Below are positions 20,270 through 29,880 of a DNA stretch of 64,000 nt, one piece after another. Each line of letters starts with the position of its first letter. Positions within the stretch are counted from its first letter, which is position 1. The notes beneath the pieces were generated by a model that had not been told where the DNA came from, did no database searches, and was given only the letters and a program-made list of their open reading frames with translations. The stretch covers positions 608,001-672,000 of the forward strand of contig OY760074.1 of the NCBI GenBank assembly GCA_963663035.1, read 5' to 3'. The DNA comes from Acidobacteriota bacterium (GTDB lineage Bacteria; Acidobacteriota; UBA6911; RPQK01; JADFOI01). The position numbers and the translations under genes were made by a program.

Positions 20270-21073
20270 ATGATCCAGTCAGTTTGGAAGAGCGGCAGGA
20301 CGATTCATTCATCGCTTGTGCCGTATAAATGGCTCTTTTTCATAATCTTCTTCTTTGTCGGAGTTTATGTGGAATTAAGCAGACGAGGCCGTTCTGCGAC
20401 AGCGTGGGTTGAGAAGCCGGCAGCGGAAGGCTGCTGCGCTGGGTGAGCAGTTCGCGTGGCGGACGTAGCGGCTATCTCGAGCGTCCTTCAGGCAGGAGTC
20501 AGCCGTCAGTCCGTGCTGTTGATCCAGGGCGTACAGACACAGCAGCCCGGCATCGGAGGAGAGCCGGAGTCAGGGTTGTGCAACGTTTCATAACCCCTTT
20601 TATATCTAGCAAGTCTTGAGCAACTCCGATCTGAAACCAAGGTGGGAATCCAGGACTGAGATGGTAATCTAGAATATGATCCAGTCGTCGGAGTTTATGT
20701 GGAATTAAGCAGTGAGGATTCTCAGCAATCCACAGCAGAAAATTACGACCTGGAGGCTTCGTCCAACGAATCAAACAGACAGGCACACACTGTATCAGTC
20801 GGAGATGATGTGGTGCTGAAGTGGAGCGATTCAGAGCGGGCCGGCCATCTTGCCATCGATGACACGGCGTGGGATGCACTGTTTGAGGCTATCAATGCCA
20901 AGGACACTACCGGGCTGACCTAATTGGTGCAATCTGGGCAGGTACACGTGGTTCCTCCCGGAACGAGGGCCACGGTCCTGTTTTCAGGCTTCACCAGACA
21001 CGAAGTGAGGTTGATGGACGGGCCGTCTGCCGGAGCGGAAGGCTGGGTCGTCAGAGAGTTTGTGCAACGCTAG
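20270..21073 (+). pseudogene. Membrane-anchored protein with SH3-like C-terminus, disrupted as assembled
   Basis: N-terminus MIQSVWK...WLFFIIFFFVGVYVELS (20270-20382) resumes at ~20711 (SEDSQQ...); in-frame TAA at 20921; ends ...EVRLMDGPSAGAEGWVVREFVQR. Confidence 0.55.
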
Positions 21074-21112
21074 CAACTTTCGAAGTCGATCACCTGGGCA
21101 ACGGTCCAGGAA

Positions 21113-23674
21113 TCAAGTGAGGTTCGAAGTTCGCCTGGTGGAGAGAGCCAGGACCCCCAACGTATAAGCCAGGAGCGTCCCCAGGCTCACACCCCACAGT
21201 AGCAGCCCGCCTCCCACTTCGGGTTTTGGATAAAGGGTTCTTCCAGGAACTCCGACATAGGTGACTCCTGCCCAAAAGAAGGGATGTTGCCCTGTCACTT
21301 TGGCCGTGCCTCGTCGGAAGGTCTGATTCATGAAACGCAGCCGGGCCTGGGTGATAGCTTGATCCATGGGAAGCCCTTGCCTCGACAGGGCATAGAAATC
21401 ACGGTAAATGCGAGAGGCGATTTCATCCAACCTCCAGCGGTTCACCAAAAGAGACCGCACCCCGGTGTTTAAGAAGAGTTCGGAAAAGCCGAGCCAGTAA
21501 GGCGAATCAGAACTGTAGGCATTGCCCGCATCACACACGCCAAGAGAGAGCAGGGTGCAAGAGAGGGGGTGTTTCAAGAACCGAAGGACGTTCAGCTCCT
21601 CTGGACCATTGGCGAAACCTGACGCCAGCCAGAACCGATTGTCCAGACGAAAATGGGTCGAAATGTGAACCCATCGAGCGCCTGGAAGGAATTGGCCCTC
21701 CAATTGTTCTGCTACCTGAAGATCGGGAAAGAGGGTCTTGAAAAAGCTTTCTTCAGCTTGAATTTCTGGAAGATCCAAGGAGGAGATGGGTCGGATGAGA
21801 ATGGGAGCCGATGGGCTCGACGTTTCCTGCTGTGCATTTCCGTAAACTGAGGGAAGATAGCTAAAGTTGTAGTGCTCGAGCAGAAACTCTCCCCGCCGAT
21901 TTTGCAGCATCTCCAAGGGAAGAGTCTGTAACTCCTTGTGTCCAATGAAGAGGATACTGCTCGAATCAAAGAATCCTTCCAGAGGTTCGATCAGGTGGCT
22001 GTATACCAGCTGCAGCTGGCGAGAGTTCGGGGGAGGCGGAAGAGAGGAAAGCGCCGAATAGAGTGGATCGACAATTTCATGCACTGTCTCGGTGATCTCC
22101 TGGGGAAGAACCAGTTCCCGGAACACGTAGCCGGAAGATCGGATGACCCAGGCGTAGATGCTTCTTCCGTCGGGCCACATTTCGACTATCGTGAATGGCT
22201 GTGCTCCCTGGGAAGAGAGCATTTCAAAAATCGAGTCTGCTCTCAGCTCAATGGGGATTGCCGTTTCCCAGGGAGCCGGCAAGGGTCCTTGGGTTTCCAG
22301 CTTTCCAGCCAGGATAAACTGGCTCACCTCGTCCTCGTTAAACTGAACCGAAAAGACGCTTTCCGCTGCCCTCTGCCCTTTTCTCTTTCTCAGTTGAACC
22401 AGACGTTGAATCTCCTGCCAGGCTTCTTCGACACGCCCCAGACGAATCAGCGAGCGAATCCAGCCATCGAAAAGAGGGGAAACGGTGCGCCAGTACGGAA
22501 AGACGACTTCAGGAACCGATGTCATTTGCTCTTCTCTCAGAGTTGCGAAGTAGAGCTGAGAAGCTCTTTCATACTGACCATCCTTTTCCAGCCAGGCACC
22601 CAGGTGAAGTGCGGAGTCTCGCGTGAAGTATCTGAGACCGCTCTCCTGGCTCTCGCGAAGAGCTTCTTCAAAGTACCGATAGGCTTGAAGTCGCTCCCCA
22701 CTGTCCTGGAAGAATTGACCGAGCAATAGAGCTCGTTCAATACTCAGTGAAGGCAGTTGGGGCTGAAAGGAGAGCAGCCGGGTCAAGTGATCCCCAACTC
22801 CCAAGATCTTCCCTTCCAACAGTAAGAATTTGCCTGGTGACACCTCTTTGAGTTCGCGAGCCTGAGCAAGATGCTCAAGTGCCTGGGATGGCTCGTTTCG
22901 CTGATGAAGGAACGCGGAATAGTTGGCGTGCAGGTAAAATCGGTTCTCGGCGTCCAACGACTCTTCCGTGAGCCCAAAGGCTAGCTGGTAGTAGTGGTCA
23001 GCCTTATCCCAGAGACGCAGTTCTTCATAAAGGGCAGCCAGGTTGTTCCAGGAAGTCACCATACCCTCCCGAAAACCGATTGTGTGCCAGCGTTCAAGGG
23101 CCAGAGTGAAGGCATGAATACTGGCTTGAAAGTGGTCAGCAAACCAGAGAGAGTAACCGCGACTTTGAAAGATCAGTGCTTCAAGATAGGGTCGGTTTCT
23201 TGAACTGGCCACCGCTAGCGCCTGCCCGATCCATTCAAGACTTTGGGAGTAATCCTCCTGCTCGGCGAAAATCTCCGCGATGTAGTAGAGACAAAAGGCA
23301 ACCTCGCTGGTCAGACCCGTCTCTGCCATCAGGGCAGCGGCCTCTCGATAAAGGTCAACAGCCTGTGCGTAGTCACCCTCAGACCACGCCTTCCAGGCGA
23401 CAGTCTGAAGACGGAGGGAGGCCTGCTTGGAGGGTGAGTGGGTGAGAAGGGAGTCAAACGAGTGGTCGCCGGTTTCACTCATGATTGCCCTGACCTCGGT
23501 TCCGACCTCTGTTCCGATCAGGAAGGCTTCCCGAAGTTTTCGGTGAAGGTCAATGGGCGAGGTTTGATAGTGAGCCACCTGTCCCACTGAAAAGGTCACA
23601 GAAGAGAGCAGACAAAGCAGAGGGACGAGAGCCCCAGATCCATTACCGATTCTCGAGTTCTTCAAGTAGTTCAA
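21113..23674 (-). CDS. TPR-CHAT (clan CD, caspase-like) protease with signal peptide and C-terminal membrane anchor
   Basis: TPRs; ELQTLPLEML, YLPS, HISTHF (His), LSLGVCDAG (Cys), HPFFWAG; hydrophobic termini; start uncertain. Confidence 0.88.
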   Translation of the reverse strand: MNYLKNSRIGNGSGALVPLLCLLSSVTFSVGQVAHYQTSPIDLHRKLREAFLIGTEVGTEVRAIMSETGDHSFDSLLTHSPSKQASLRLQTVAWKAWSEGDYAQAVDLYREAAALMAETGLTSEVAFCLYYIAEIFAEQEDYSQSLEWIGQALAVASSRNRPYLEALIFQSRGYSLWFADHFQASIHAFTLALERWHTIGFREGMVTSWNNLAALYEELRLWDKADHYYQLAFGLTEESLDAENRFYLHANYSAFLHQRNEPSQALEHLAQARELKEVSPGKFLLLEGKILGVGDHLTRLLSFQPQLPSLSIERALLLGQFFQDSGERLQAYRYFEEALRESQESGLRYFTRDSALHLGAWLEKDGQYERASQLYFATLREEQMTSVPEVVFPYWRTVSPLFDGWIRSLIRLGRVEEAWQEIQRLVQLRKRKGQRAAESVFSVQFNEDEVSQFILAGKLETQGPLPAPWETAIPIELRADSIFEMLSSQGAQPFTIVEMWPDGRSIYAWVIRSSGYVFRELVLPQEITETVHEIVDPLYSALSSLPPPPNSRQLQLVYSHLIEPLEGFFDSSSILFIGHKELQTLPLEMLQNRRGEFLLEHYNFSYLPSVYGNAQQETSSPSAPILIRPISSLDLPEIQAEESFFKTLFPDLQVAEQLEGQFLPGARWVHISTHFRLDNRFWLASGFANGPEELNVLRFLKHPLSCTLLSLGVCDAGNAYSSDSPYWLGFSELFLNTGVRSLLVNRWRLDEIASRIYRDFYALSRQGLPMDQAITQARLRFMNQTFRRGTAKVTGQHPFFWAGVTYVGVPGRTLYPKPEVGGGLLLWGVSLGTLLAYTLGVLALSTRRTSNLT

Positions 23675-24329
23675 CAGCCTTTTGCCGATATTCGTTTGGC
23701 CCCTGGCGGACCAGCTCCCTGAGCGCCTCTTGAGCTTGCCTCTTTTGACCGGTCTTCAGATAGATGTTGGCTTTGTACCAGATCCCGACTGTTTCCCATT
23801 GATTATCGAGTTGTACGGCCTCAGCCAGCTGCTCCAGGGCCTGTGGATATTCCGCCAGCAAGTAGTGGGTGACTGCACTGTAGAAGAGAGTCTCGGCACT
23901 GGGAGGCAGCTGTGAAAACCATTCACTGGCCTCTCTGAACTGCTCTGCACTGTAGGCTGAAAAAGCTCTCTCACGGTTGTTTGTTTCCTGTCCTTCACTC
24001 TCTGAACGGGTCTGAAGGGGAAAATAGGGATACTTGCCCTCACTAGCCAGGCTTGCTATGTCGAGTGAGTCGATGCTTGACCTGTGCCAGACTTGATAAA
24101 AAGTGGGCACCAGGACCGCTATCAGCAGTCCTGCTGCCACAAGCCAGAACCGTTGAGTGTTTCGGCGGGAGGGATGCCTGTCACGGTAAACTCCTTCTAC
24201 CGCGGCCATCGTCTGAAGCCGTTCTCGACAAGTGGGACATCCTTCGATGTGCTTGAGAACGTGCTCTGTTTCCGAGCTCCCCAACTCCCCATGAAGGAAT
24301 TCAATTAGTGGAACTTGTTCACAACTCAT
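23643..24329 (-). CDS. Zinc-finger (zf-HC2) transmembrane anti-sigma factor with extracytoplasmic TPR domain
   Basis: HIEGCPTC (HxxxCxxC), one TM helix, TPR-like C-terminus; 3 bp downstream of the ECF sigma. Confidence 0.88.
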   Translation of the reverse strand: MSCEQVPLIEFLHGELGSSETEHVLKHIEGCPTCRERLQTMAAVEGVYRDRHPSRRNTQRFWLVAAGLLIAVLVPTFYQVWHRSSIDSLDIASLASEGKYPYFPLQTRSESEGQETNNRERAFSAYSAEQFREASEWFSQLPPSAETLFYSAVTHYLLAEYPQALEQLAEAVQLDNQWETVGIWYKANIYLKTGQKRQAQEALRELVRQGPNEYRQKAVELLEELENR

Positions 24330-24332
24330 CGT

Positions 24333-24917
24333 CTACCTTACCTTTTCGACAGTTTGATAGATCCCCTTGGCTTTCAGCCTGCGTCGGATGCGATCGATGC
24401 CTGCAGTCATGCGACTTCGGATAGTCGAGTAGGGAACTCCCTTTTCCTTGCAGAGATCCTTAATTTTCCGGTGATTTCGATTGAAGGTGATGTCGATGGC
24501 CTCTCTCTGTTCGGGAGGCAGTTCTTTTAAGGTCTTCCGGACTTTTTCCAGGATCGAGTTCTTTACCTCAGCCTTTTCCTTTTCCATGAGAAGGGTCAAT
24601 GGATTCGGAACATAGGGAGATCTGGAAGCAAGATTTTCGTCAGCGCAGTTGACGAAGCGAGCACTTCGCCGCCTATGGCAGCGGTAATGGTCGATGCTGG
24701 TATTGAGGACCACTTTCCGAATGTAATTGTAGGTCTCCTCTTGGGTGGAGAAGTGTATCTTTGCTTGCAGCAGCTTTCTAAAGGCTTCCTGCAGCACGTC
24801 ATCCACTCCCGACGGGTCGATCAGGATGTTACTGATGATGGACCGAAGAATCGCCTGATTCTTGTGCCAGAGCCGTTCCAGCATGCACAAAAAGCTTCGC
24901 AGAGACGGAACCGGCAA
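24333..24917 (-). CDS. ECF RNA polymerase sigma factor
   Basis: DDVLQEAF, N-SIDHYR (region 2); LPPEQREAI, GVPYSTIRSRM (region 4); start may be ATG 24884. Confidence 0.9.
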   Translation of the reverse strand: MPVPSLRSFLCMLERLWHKNQAILRSIISNILIDPSGVDDVLQEAFRKLLQAKIHFSTQEETYNYIRKVVLNTSIDHYRCHRRRSARFVNCADENLASRSPYVPNPLTLLMEKEKAEVKNSILEKVRKTLKELPPEQREAIDITFNRNHRKIKDLCKEKGVPYSTIRSRMTAGIDRIRRRLKAKGIYQTVEKVR

Positions 24918-24990
24918 ACATTGAAGTCGATGGGGAAACCAAGCGAGGCATGCCCACTATAGGAGCAGTGAAAAGAGTTGTCAAGTTAGA

Positions 24991-25127
24991 AGAGAGGAGG
25001 TAGGAGGTAGGATAAAGACAGAACCGAGCAAAGAATTCTCGTAGTTTATTCTGACTTCCGACTTCCGACTCCTGACTCCTGACTCCTGCCTCCTACCTCC
25101 TACCTCCTGTCTCCTGCCTCCTTCTGC
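24991..25127. repeat. Heptamer tandem repeat tracts in inverted orientation
   Basis: (GGAGGTA)n at ~24995-25012, then ~10 degenerate CTCCTGA/CTCCTAC units at 25049-25127. Confidence 0.85.
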
Positions 25128-25172
25128 CGATTGCTTTTTGGAAGGAGAGTCTTTTAACATAGGAACTAGCTC

Positions 25173-25661
25173 ATGGCGAAGCAAGTGACTGCGATTTACC
25201 CAGGCTCCTTTGACCCTGTCACCAATGGTCATTTAGATATCATTGAGAGAAGCCACAGAATTTTTGACCGCGTGATTGTGGCGGTACTTGCCAATGTAGA
25301 AAAGGAGCCCCTTTTCGAGATCGACAAGCGCCTGGAAATGTTGAGAGAGGTCACACAGGAATGGGATAATATTGAGGTTGAGACCTTTGAGGGATTGCTG
25401 GTCAAGTTCGCTGTCGCCCAGAAAGCCCAGGTTATCCTGCGAGGTATTCGAGCGGTTACTGACTATGAATACGAGTTTCAGATGGCGCTCATGAACCGCC
25501 AGATGCAGCCGGAGATTGAGACGGTTTTTATGGTGCCAGCGGAAGCTTATACCTATTTAAGTTCCAGGTTGGTGAAGGAGATCTTTAGTTTGGGAGGTTC
25601 TGTGAATGGTTTGGTTCCTTCTATAGTGGAGAAGTTCCTGAAAGAGAATAAGAGTCGGTGA
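25173..25661 (+). CDS. coaD: Phosphopantetheine adenylyltransferase
   Basis: YPGSFDPVTNGH, RGIR, YEYEFQMA, LSSRLVKE. Confidence 0.97.
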   Translation: MAKQVTAIYPGSFDPVTNGHLDIIERSHRIFDRVIVAVLANVEKEPLFEIDKRLEMLREVTQEWDNIEVETFEGLLVKFAVAQKAQVILRGIRAVTDYEYEFQMALMNRQMQPEIETVFMVPAEAYTYLSSRLVKEIFSLGGSVNGLVPSIVEKFLKENKSR

Positions 25662-25668
25662 GGAGTTA

Positions 25669-27096
25669 ATGGTGCCTTTCTTTCGCGATAGAGTTGTTTT
25701 TCTGCTCTGTTTTTCTGTGCTGGGTCTGGGCCTTCTTTCTTTTTCCTCCTTACCCTCTGGTGCGGATGTGGGGGATGTCATGGAACTTGAGGCGATGGTT
25801 ATTTGTGACCTCGAGGTTGACGAGCCCCCGATTGAGAGAGTTGAGCGTGTCATCGCGTCCAGGTCCACTTTCCAACAGACGTTGTTGGACTGGGGATTCA
25901 CGGCTGGAGCCATTCACCTTCTGGTTCAAGAAGTCAAACCGATCTATGATCTGAGCCGCGTCATGGCTGGACATCGCCTTGCCATTGGAAGAGCCTCCAA
26001 TGGTGCCTTCCACGACCTGGAATATCATATTGACAGTGAGGAATACCTCTCGGTGAGATATGACTCGGGACAGTATGTGGCTTCTCGCCATCCCTATGAT
26101 TTCCAAGTGGAGGTCGAGGAGTTCTATGGGGAGGTTGATAGCTCTCTGTGGGACACGCTGGTATCCCAGGGCGAATCGCCGCAGCTCGTTCAAGCTCTCC
26201 ATCAGATTTTTCAGTGGGACATCGATTTCACTGCGATTCGGCCTGGAGATTCGTTCAAGCTGATTTTTGGAAAAAAGTATCTCGATGGGGATTTTGTGCA
26301 ATACGGGGAGATTCTAGCAGTCCAGTTCACCAGTCGTGCTGGGGCTTTGTACGCTTTCCTGTTTGAGAGTCAACAGGGTGTGGGTTACTACCATGAGAAC
26401 GGTGGTGCCGTAAGAAAGCCCTTCCTGAAGGCGCCCTTTGACTTTGATCCCCGCATCACATCCAGCTTCTCCCATTCCCGTTTTCACCCCATTTTGAAGG
26501 TGAGACGCCCTCATCTTGGAGTGGACTACGGTGCTCCCAGGGGAACTCCAGTGTTAGCTTCAGCCGATGGAGTTGTGACCTTTGCTGGGAGAGAGGGGGG
26601 GGTTGGAAACTTGGTAGAGATTCGTCACCCGAATGGCTATGTCACGGGCTATGCTCATCTCTCTCGCATTGACGTGCGTTCTGGCCAAAGAGTCAGGCAG
26701 GGAGAACGAACTTGCCACAGGTCCCCATCTCCATTATCAGGTCCAGGACAGAAGCGGCAGAGAAATCAATCCTCGGGAACTCACGGCATTACCCTCGGAT
26801 GAGGCGGTCGAGAAAGAGGATTGGACTCAGTTTGTTACAGTTCGCGATGAGCTCATAGGACGGTCGGAGGAGTCGGATCCACCGGACTTGCCACAGGTCC
26901 CCATCTCCATTATCAGGTCCAGGACAGAAGCGGCAGAGAAATCAATCCTCGGGAACTCACGGCATTACCCTCGGATGAGGCGGTCGAGAAAGAGGATTGG
27001 ACTCAGTTTGTTACAGTTCGCGATGAGCTCATAGGACAGCTGGCAACCATTTCTGAGAAGGAGCCCCTTCTTGACCGCACTCCCCAAGCCGACTAG
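25669..27096 (+). pseudogene. M23 family peptidoglycan endopeptidase, interrupted by a ~153 bp misplaced copy as assembled
   Basis: HLGVDYGA (HxxxD), YAHLS; the HLH motif GSTGLATGPHLHY resumes in the same frame at 26863 and ends at TAG 27096; 26710-26861 duplicates 26886-27037. Confidence 0.85.
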
Positions 27097-27097
27097 C

Positions 27098-27239
27098 GCG
27101 GGTGTTCAGGAAGGCCAAGCTCTTCGTTCTCCGCGCCCTTCGATCCTCGACGTAGCACAGGCTATGCCTGCGGTCGAAGGGCTTGTGCGGCCTCGATCTT
27201 GACCTCCCTGAGAACACCCGCCAACAGAACTCCGGCATG
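27098..27239. repeat. Palindromic element family C (~125 bp hairpin plus tail), single copy
   Basis: GCGGGTGTTCAGGAAGG...GAACACCCGC with inner stems GCCCTTCGA/TCGAAGGGC; same as units at 54817-55488. Confidence 0.88.
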
Positions 27240-27254
27240 TGAGAGGGAAAGCTC

Positions 27255-28118
27255 ATGACAACCGCCGTCCTGGTCTACAACCCCGCTGCGGGTCGATTCT
27301 CCCTTTCCGAAAAGCGACTGAAACTTTTGCTGGAGAACCTCGATCGCTATGGAATCCGAGGTGAGGCTGCCATGACTCGTCCTTCACAAGATCCTTCAAC
27401 CTGGCTGAACCTGAAGGATACGGACTTGTTGATCGTCTATGGTGGTGACGGAACCCTTCATGGGGTGATCGGACAAGCGGTGAAGTGGAAGGTTCCCGTA
27501 GCTCTTTTACCTGCAGGTACCACCAATGTACTTGCTCGGGAACTGGGTATCCCGAGGGATCCTGAGCAGGCTTTGTCGCTGGTGGAACGACGGAAATTGC
27601 AAAAGATCCATCTGGGGAAATCCAACGGAAAATATTTTCACCTGATGGCGGGCATCGGATTTGATGGCTATGTCATCTCTCAAATGAACCAACCCATGAA
27701 AAAGATTCTGGGCATCGGTGCTTATTGGTTGGCCGCTGCCGCTGCCGTTTTGAGATACCCTTTCCCTCCCTTTGAGTTGAAGATGGAAGGCGAAGTTCAC
27801 CAGGGGACCTTTGCAGTTATTGGTAACACGCGATATTACGGAGGAGAATTCCTGGTAACCCCTCGGGCCAGCGTGAAGGAAAGCTGCCTGGATGTGTGTC
27901 TGTTCACCGGTCGGCAAAGGTGGCGTTATCTTTCTTATTTCTTGGGAGTGCTCTCTGGAAAGCACCTTCGTTTTCACGACGTCATTTATCGAAAGGTTCA
28001 GCGCGTCGAAGTATTGAGTGACAACTCCGTTCCCATTCAGATGGATGGCGAACTCATTGGCCATGGCCCAATGGAATTTGTTTCCTCCAGTGAAAGTCTA
28101 GAGGTGGTTGTGCCTTGA
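27255..28118 (+). CDS. Diacylglycerol/lipid kinase family (YegS/DagK-like)
   Basis: NPAAG, GGDGT, PAGTTNVLAR, GIGFDG, QMDGE. Confidence 0.92.
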   Translation: MTTAVLVYNPAAGRFSLSEKRLKLLLENLDRYGIRGEAAMTRPSQDPSTWLNLKDTDLLIVYGGDGTLHGVIGQAVKWKVPVALLPAGTTNVLARELGIPRDPEQALSLVERRKLQKIHLGKSNGKYFHLMAGIGFDGYVISQMNQPMKKILGIGAYWLAAAAAVLRYPFPPFELKMEGEVHQGTFAVIGNTRYYGGEFLVTPRASVKESCLDVCLFTGRQRWRYLSYFLGVLSGKHLRFHDVIYRKVQRVEVLSDNSVPIQMDGELIGHGPMEFVSSSESLEVVVP

Positions 28119-28135
28119 GGGGTAGCCGCTAGCCT

Positions 28136-28290
28136 CTAGCCCGCAGTTCTCACACCCGCTCTACTACATCGGCGCAATGATCCGACCTGACTGCGTTGCG
28201 CGACCCGCACAAGCGGGTACCCCTCGCGCGCCTTGTCAGGCCGGGCCTTCCGCCGCTTCGCGACGACCTGGTGTGAGAACTGCGGGCTAG
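28136..28290. repeat. Palindromic element family A, copy 3 (reverse orientation, no REP doublet)
   Basis: Perfect 21 bp TIR CTAGCCCGCAGTTCTCACACC / GGTGTGAGAACTGCGGGCTAG. Confidence 0.88.
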
Positions 28291-28862
28291 TTCTCCGGTC
28301 TGAGCGTCTTTTCTCCAAGAAACTTGATCTGAAGGACGTCGAAATCCTCCCAAAGATTGGGACTGTCAACGTTAATCCTGTCAATTTTCTCCGCCAGCGC
28401 GTCATAATCGATGCAGTCGAGAGCCTCGAGTTGAAACCGATCCTTTCCAAGATCGATGGCGATCCGTGTCGGTTCGGAAAACTCGTCAAATTGACCCAAC
28501 AGGTCCAGACCGATAAAGCTGTCTCCCCGGATCTTAAGATATTGCATGAGATAATCCTCGCCAGGAACCCCCGTGTACATCGAGAATCTTTCCACCACCG
28601 CTTCCTCACCCTGCTGGTTGTAGATGTAAATCTCTTGGGGTCGGAAGTCCCATCCACCCGGTGAGAAGGTGATGATATTGAGGATCGGTACGATCTCTCC
28701 TTTCGGGTCCTCCAAGATCTCGACCGTCCAGATGTTTTGGTCGTCGATAAAGGCGTGACACCGAGATACTTCAGGAGAGGCTTTTTCAAGTGATTGAGCC
28801 GAGACCCATCCGGAAGCTACAAACAGCAGGCAACCCAAGAATAGTTTTCTCATTCGTTCCAT
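28287..28862 (-). CDS. Exported hypothetical protein
   Basis: Signal peptide MRKLFLGCLLFVASGWVSAQ; follows pyrF; stop codon lies in the repeat's CTAG. Confidence 0.7.
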   Translation of the reverse strand: MERMRKLFLGCLLFVASGWVSAQSLEKASPEVSRCHAFIDDQNIWTVEILEDPKGEIVPILNIITFSPGGWDFRPQEIYIYNQQGEEAVVERFSMYTGVPGEDYLMQYLKIRGDSFIGLDLLGQFDEFSEPTRIAIDLGKDRFQLEALDCIDYDALAEKIDRINVDSPNLWEDFDVLQIKFLGEKTLRPEN

Positions 28863-28881
28863 TTTAACTGAGATCGATGAT

Positions 28882-29607
28882 TTATCCGGTATGAATTTGT
28901 CTAAGAAGTGTTTGAGCTGCCTGGACTGGATCGGGTGATTGAGTGATCGGTCGGCCAACCACCAGATAATCTGCACCTTCTTCGAGAGCCTCAGAAGCTG
29001 TCATGGTGCGCCGTTGGTCATCCGTTCCCGCCTCTGCTGACCGAATTCCCGGTGTCACGAAGAGAAGTCCCTCGAGCCCTGCCTCTCGGAGCAGACGCAG
29101 TTCGCGTGGTGAGGAGACGATTCCGTCCATCCCAGCTGCTTGAGCGGATTTCGCCAGTCGCAAAACCTCTTGATCCAAGGGATGGTCAATGCCCAGGGAA
29201 AGAAGCGCCTTCGGATCAATGCTGGTCAAGATGGTGACAGCCAAAAGCTTGGGACAGGGCCAGCCTTCTCGGCGAGAGTATTCTTGTAGCGTTTCACGCG
29301 TCTGTCGCATCATGACTTCGCCGCCCAGGCTGTGGAGGGTCATCATGCGCACGCCCAGCCGCCCTGCTTCCACGGCAGCCTGAGTGACCGTATTGGGAAT
29401 ATCGTGGAACTTGAGATCCAAGAACACCTCGGCGCCTTCTTGAAGGATCTTTTTGATTATGGTTGGCCCGGCAGCAGTGTAAAGTTGGAGACCGACCTTG
29501 AAGTAAGCGACCTGATCCTTCAGCTTCCGCACCAATTCAATGGCCTCCTCTTGCGCAGAAACATCAAGAGCTAGAATCAATCGCTTGGCCTTGGCATTCA
29601 GTGGCAT
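28882..29607 (-). CDS. pyrF: Orotidine-5'-phosphate decarboxylase
   Basis: LILALD, FLDLKFHDIPNTV, VTPGIR, VVGRPI. Confidence 0.97.
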   Translation of the reverse strand: MPLNAKAKRLILALDVSAQEEAIELVRKLKDQVAYFKVGLQLYTAAGPTIIKKILQEGAEVFLDLKFHDIPNTVTQAAVEAGRLGVRMMTLHSLGGEVMMRQTRETLQEYSRREGWPCPKLLAVTILTSIDPKALLSLGIDHPLDQEVLRLAKSAQAAGMDGIVSSPRELRLLREAGLEGLLFVTPGIRSAEAGTDDQRRTMTASEALEEGADYLVVGRPITQSPDPVQAAQTLLRQIHTG

Positions 29608-29665
29608 AGGTCACTTCCAGCGACCATAGAATAACACACTACACCTGTACCCGATGGTGCCCGTG

Positions 29666-29880
29666 TTAGCCGGTATTATGCATAAATTATCTACTGCAGT
29701 GCCGCAATCATCCACGCTGACTGCGTTGTGCGACCCGCAAGCGGGTACCCCTTGGGCTCCTCGGCGTACTGCATGAGTACGCCTGCGGGGCCCGACCCGC
29801 AAGCGGGTACCCCTTGCACGCCTTGTCATCGTGGCGCCAGCGGCACTTCGTCACGAAAACCTATGCATAATCCCGGCTGG
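29666..29880. repeat. Palindromic element family A, copy 4
   Basis: TIR AGCCGGTATTATGCATA / TATGCATAATCCCGGCT; two GACCCGCAAGCGGGTACCCC modules; between divergent pyrF and pyrR. Confidence 0.85.

Noticed and set aside
26800-26802. Selenocysteine readthrough of the TGA in the M23 gene
   Set aside because: The TGA lies in an out-of-frame duplicated insert, is followed by a second TGA and is not at a Cys position
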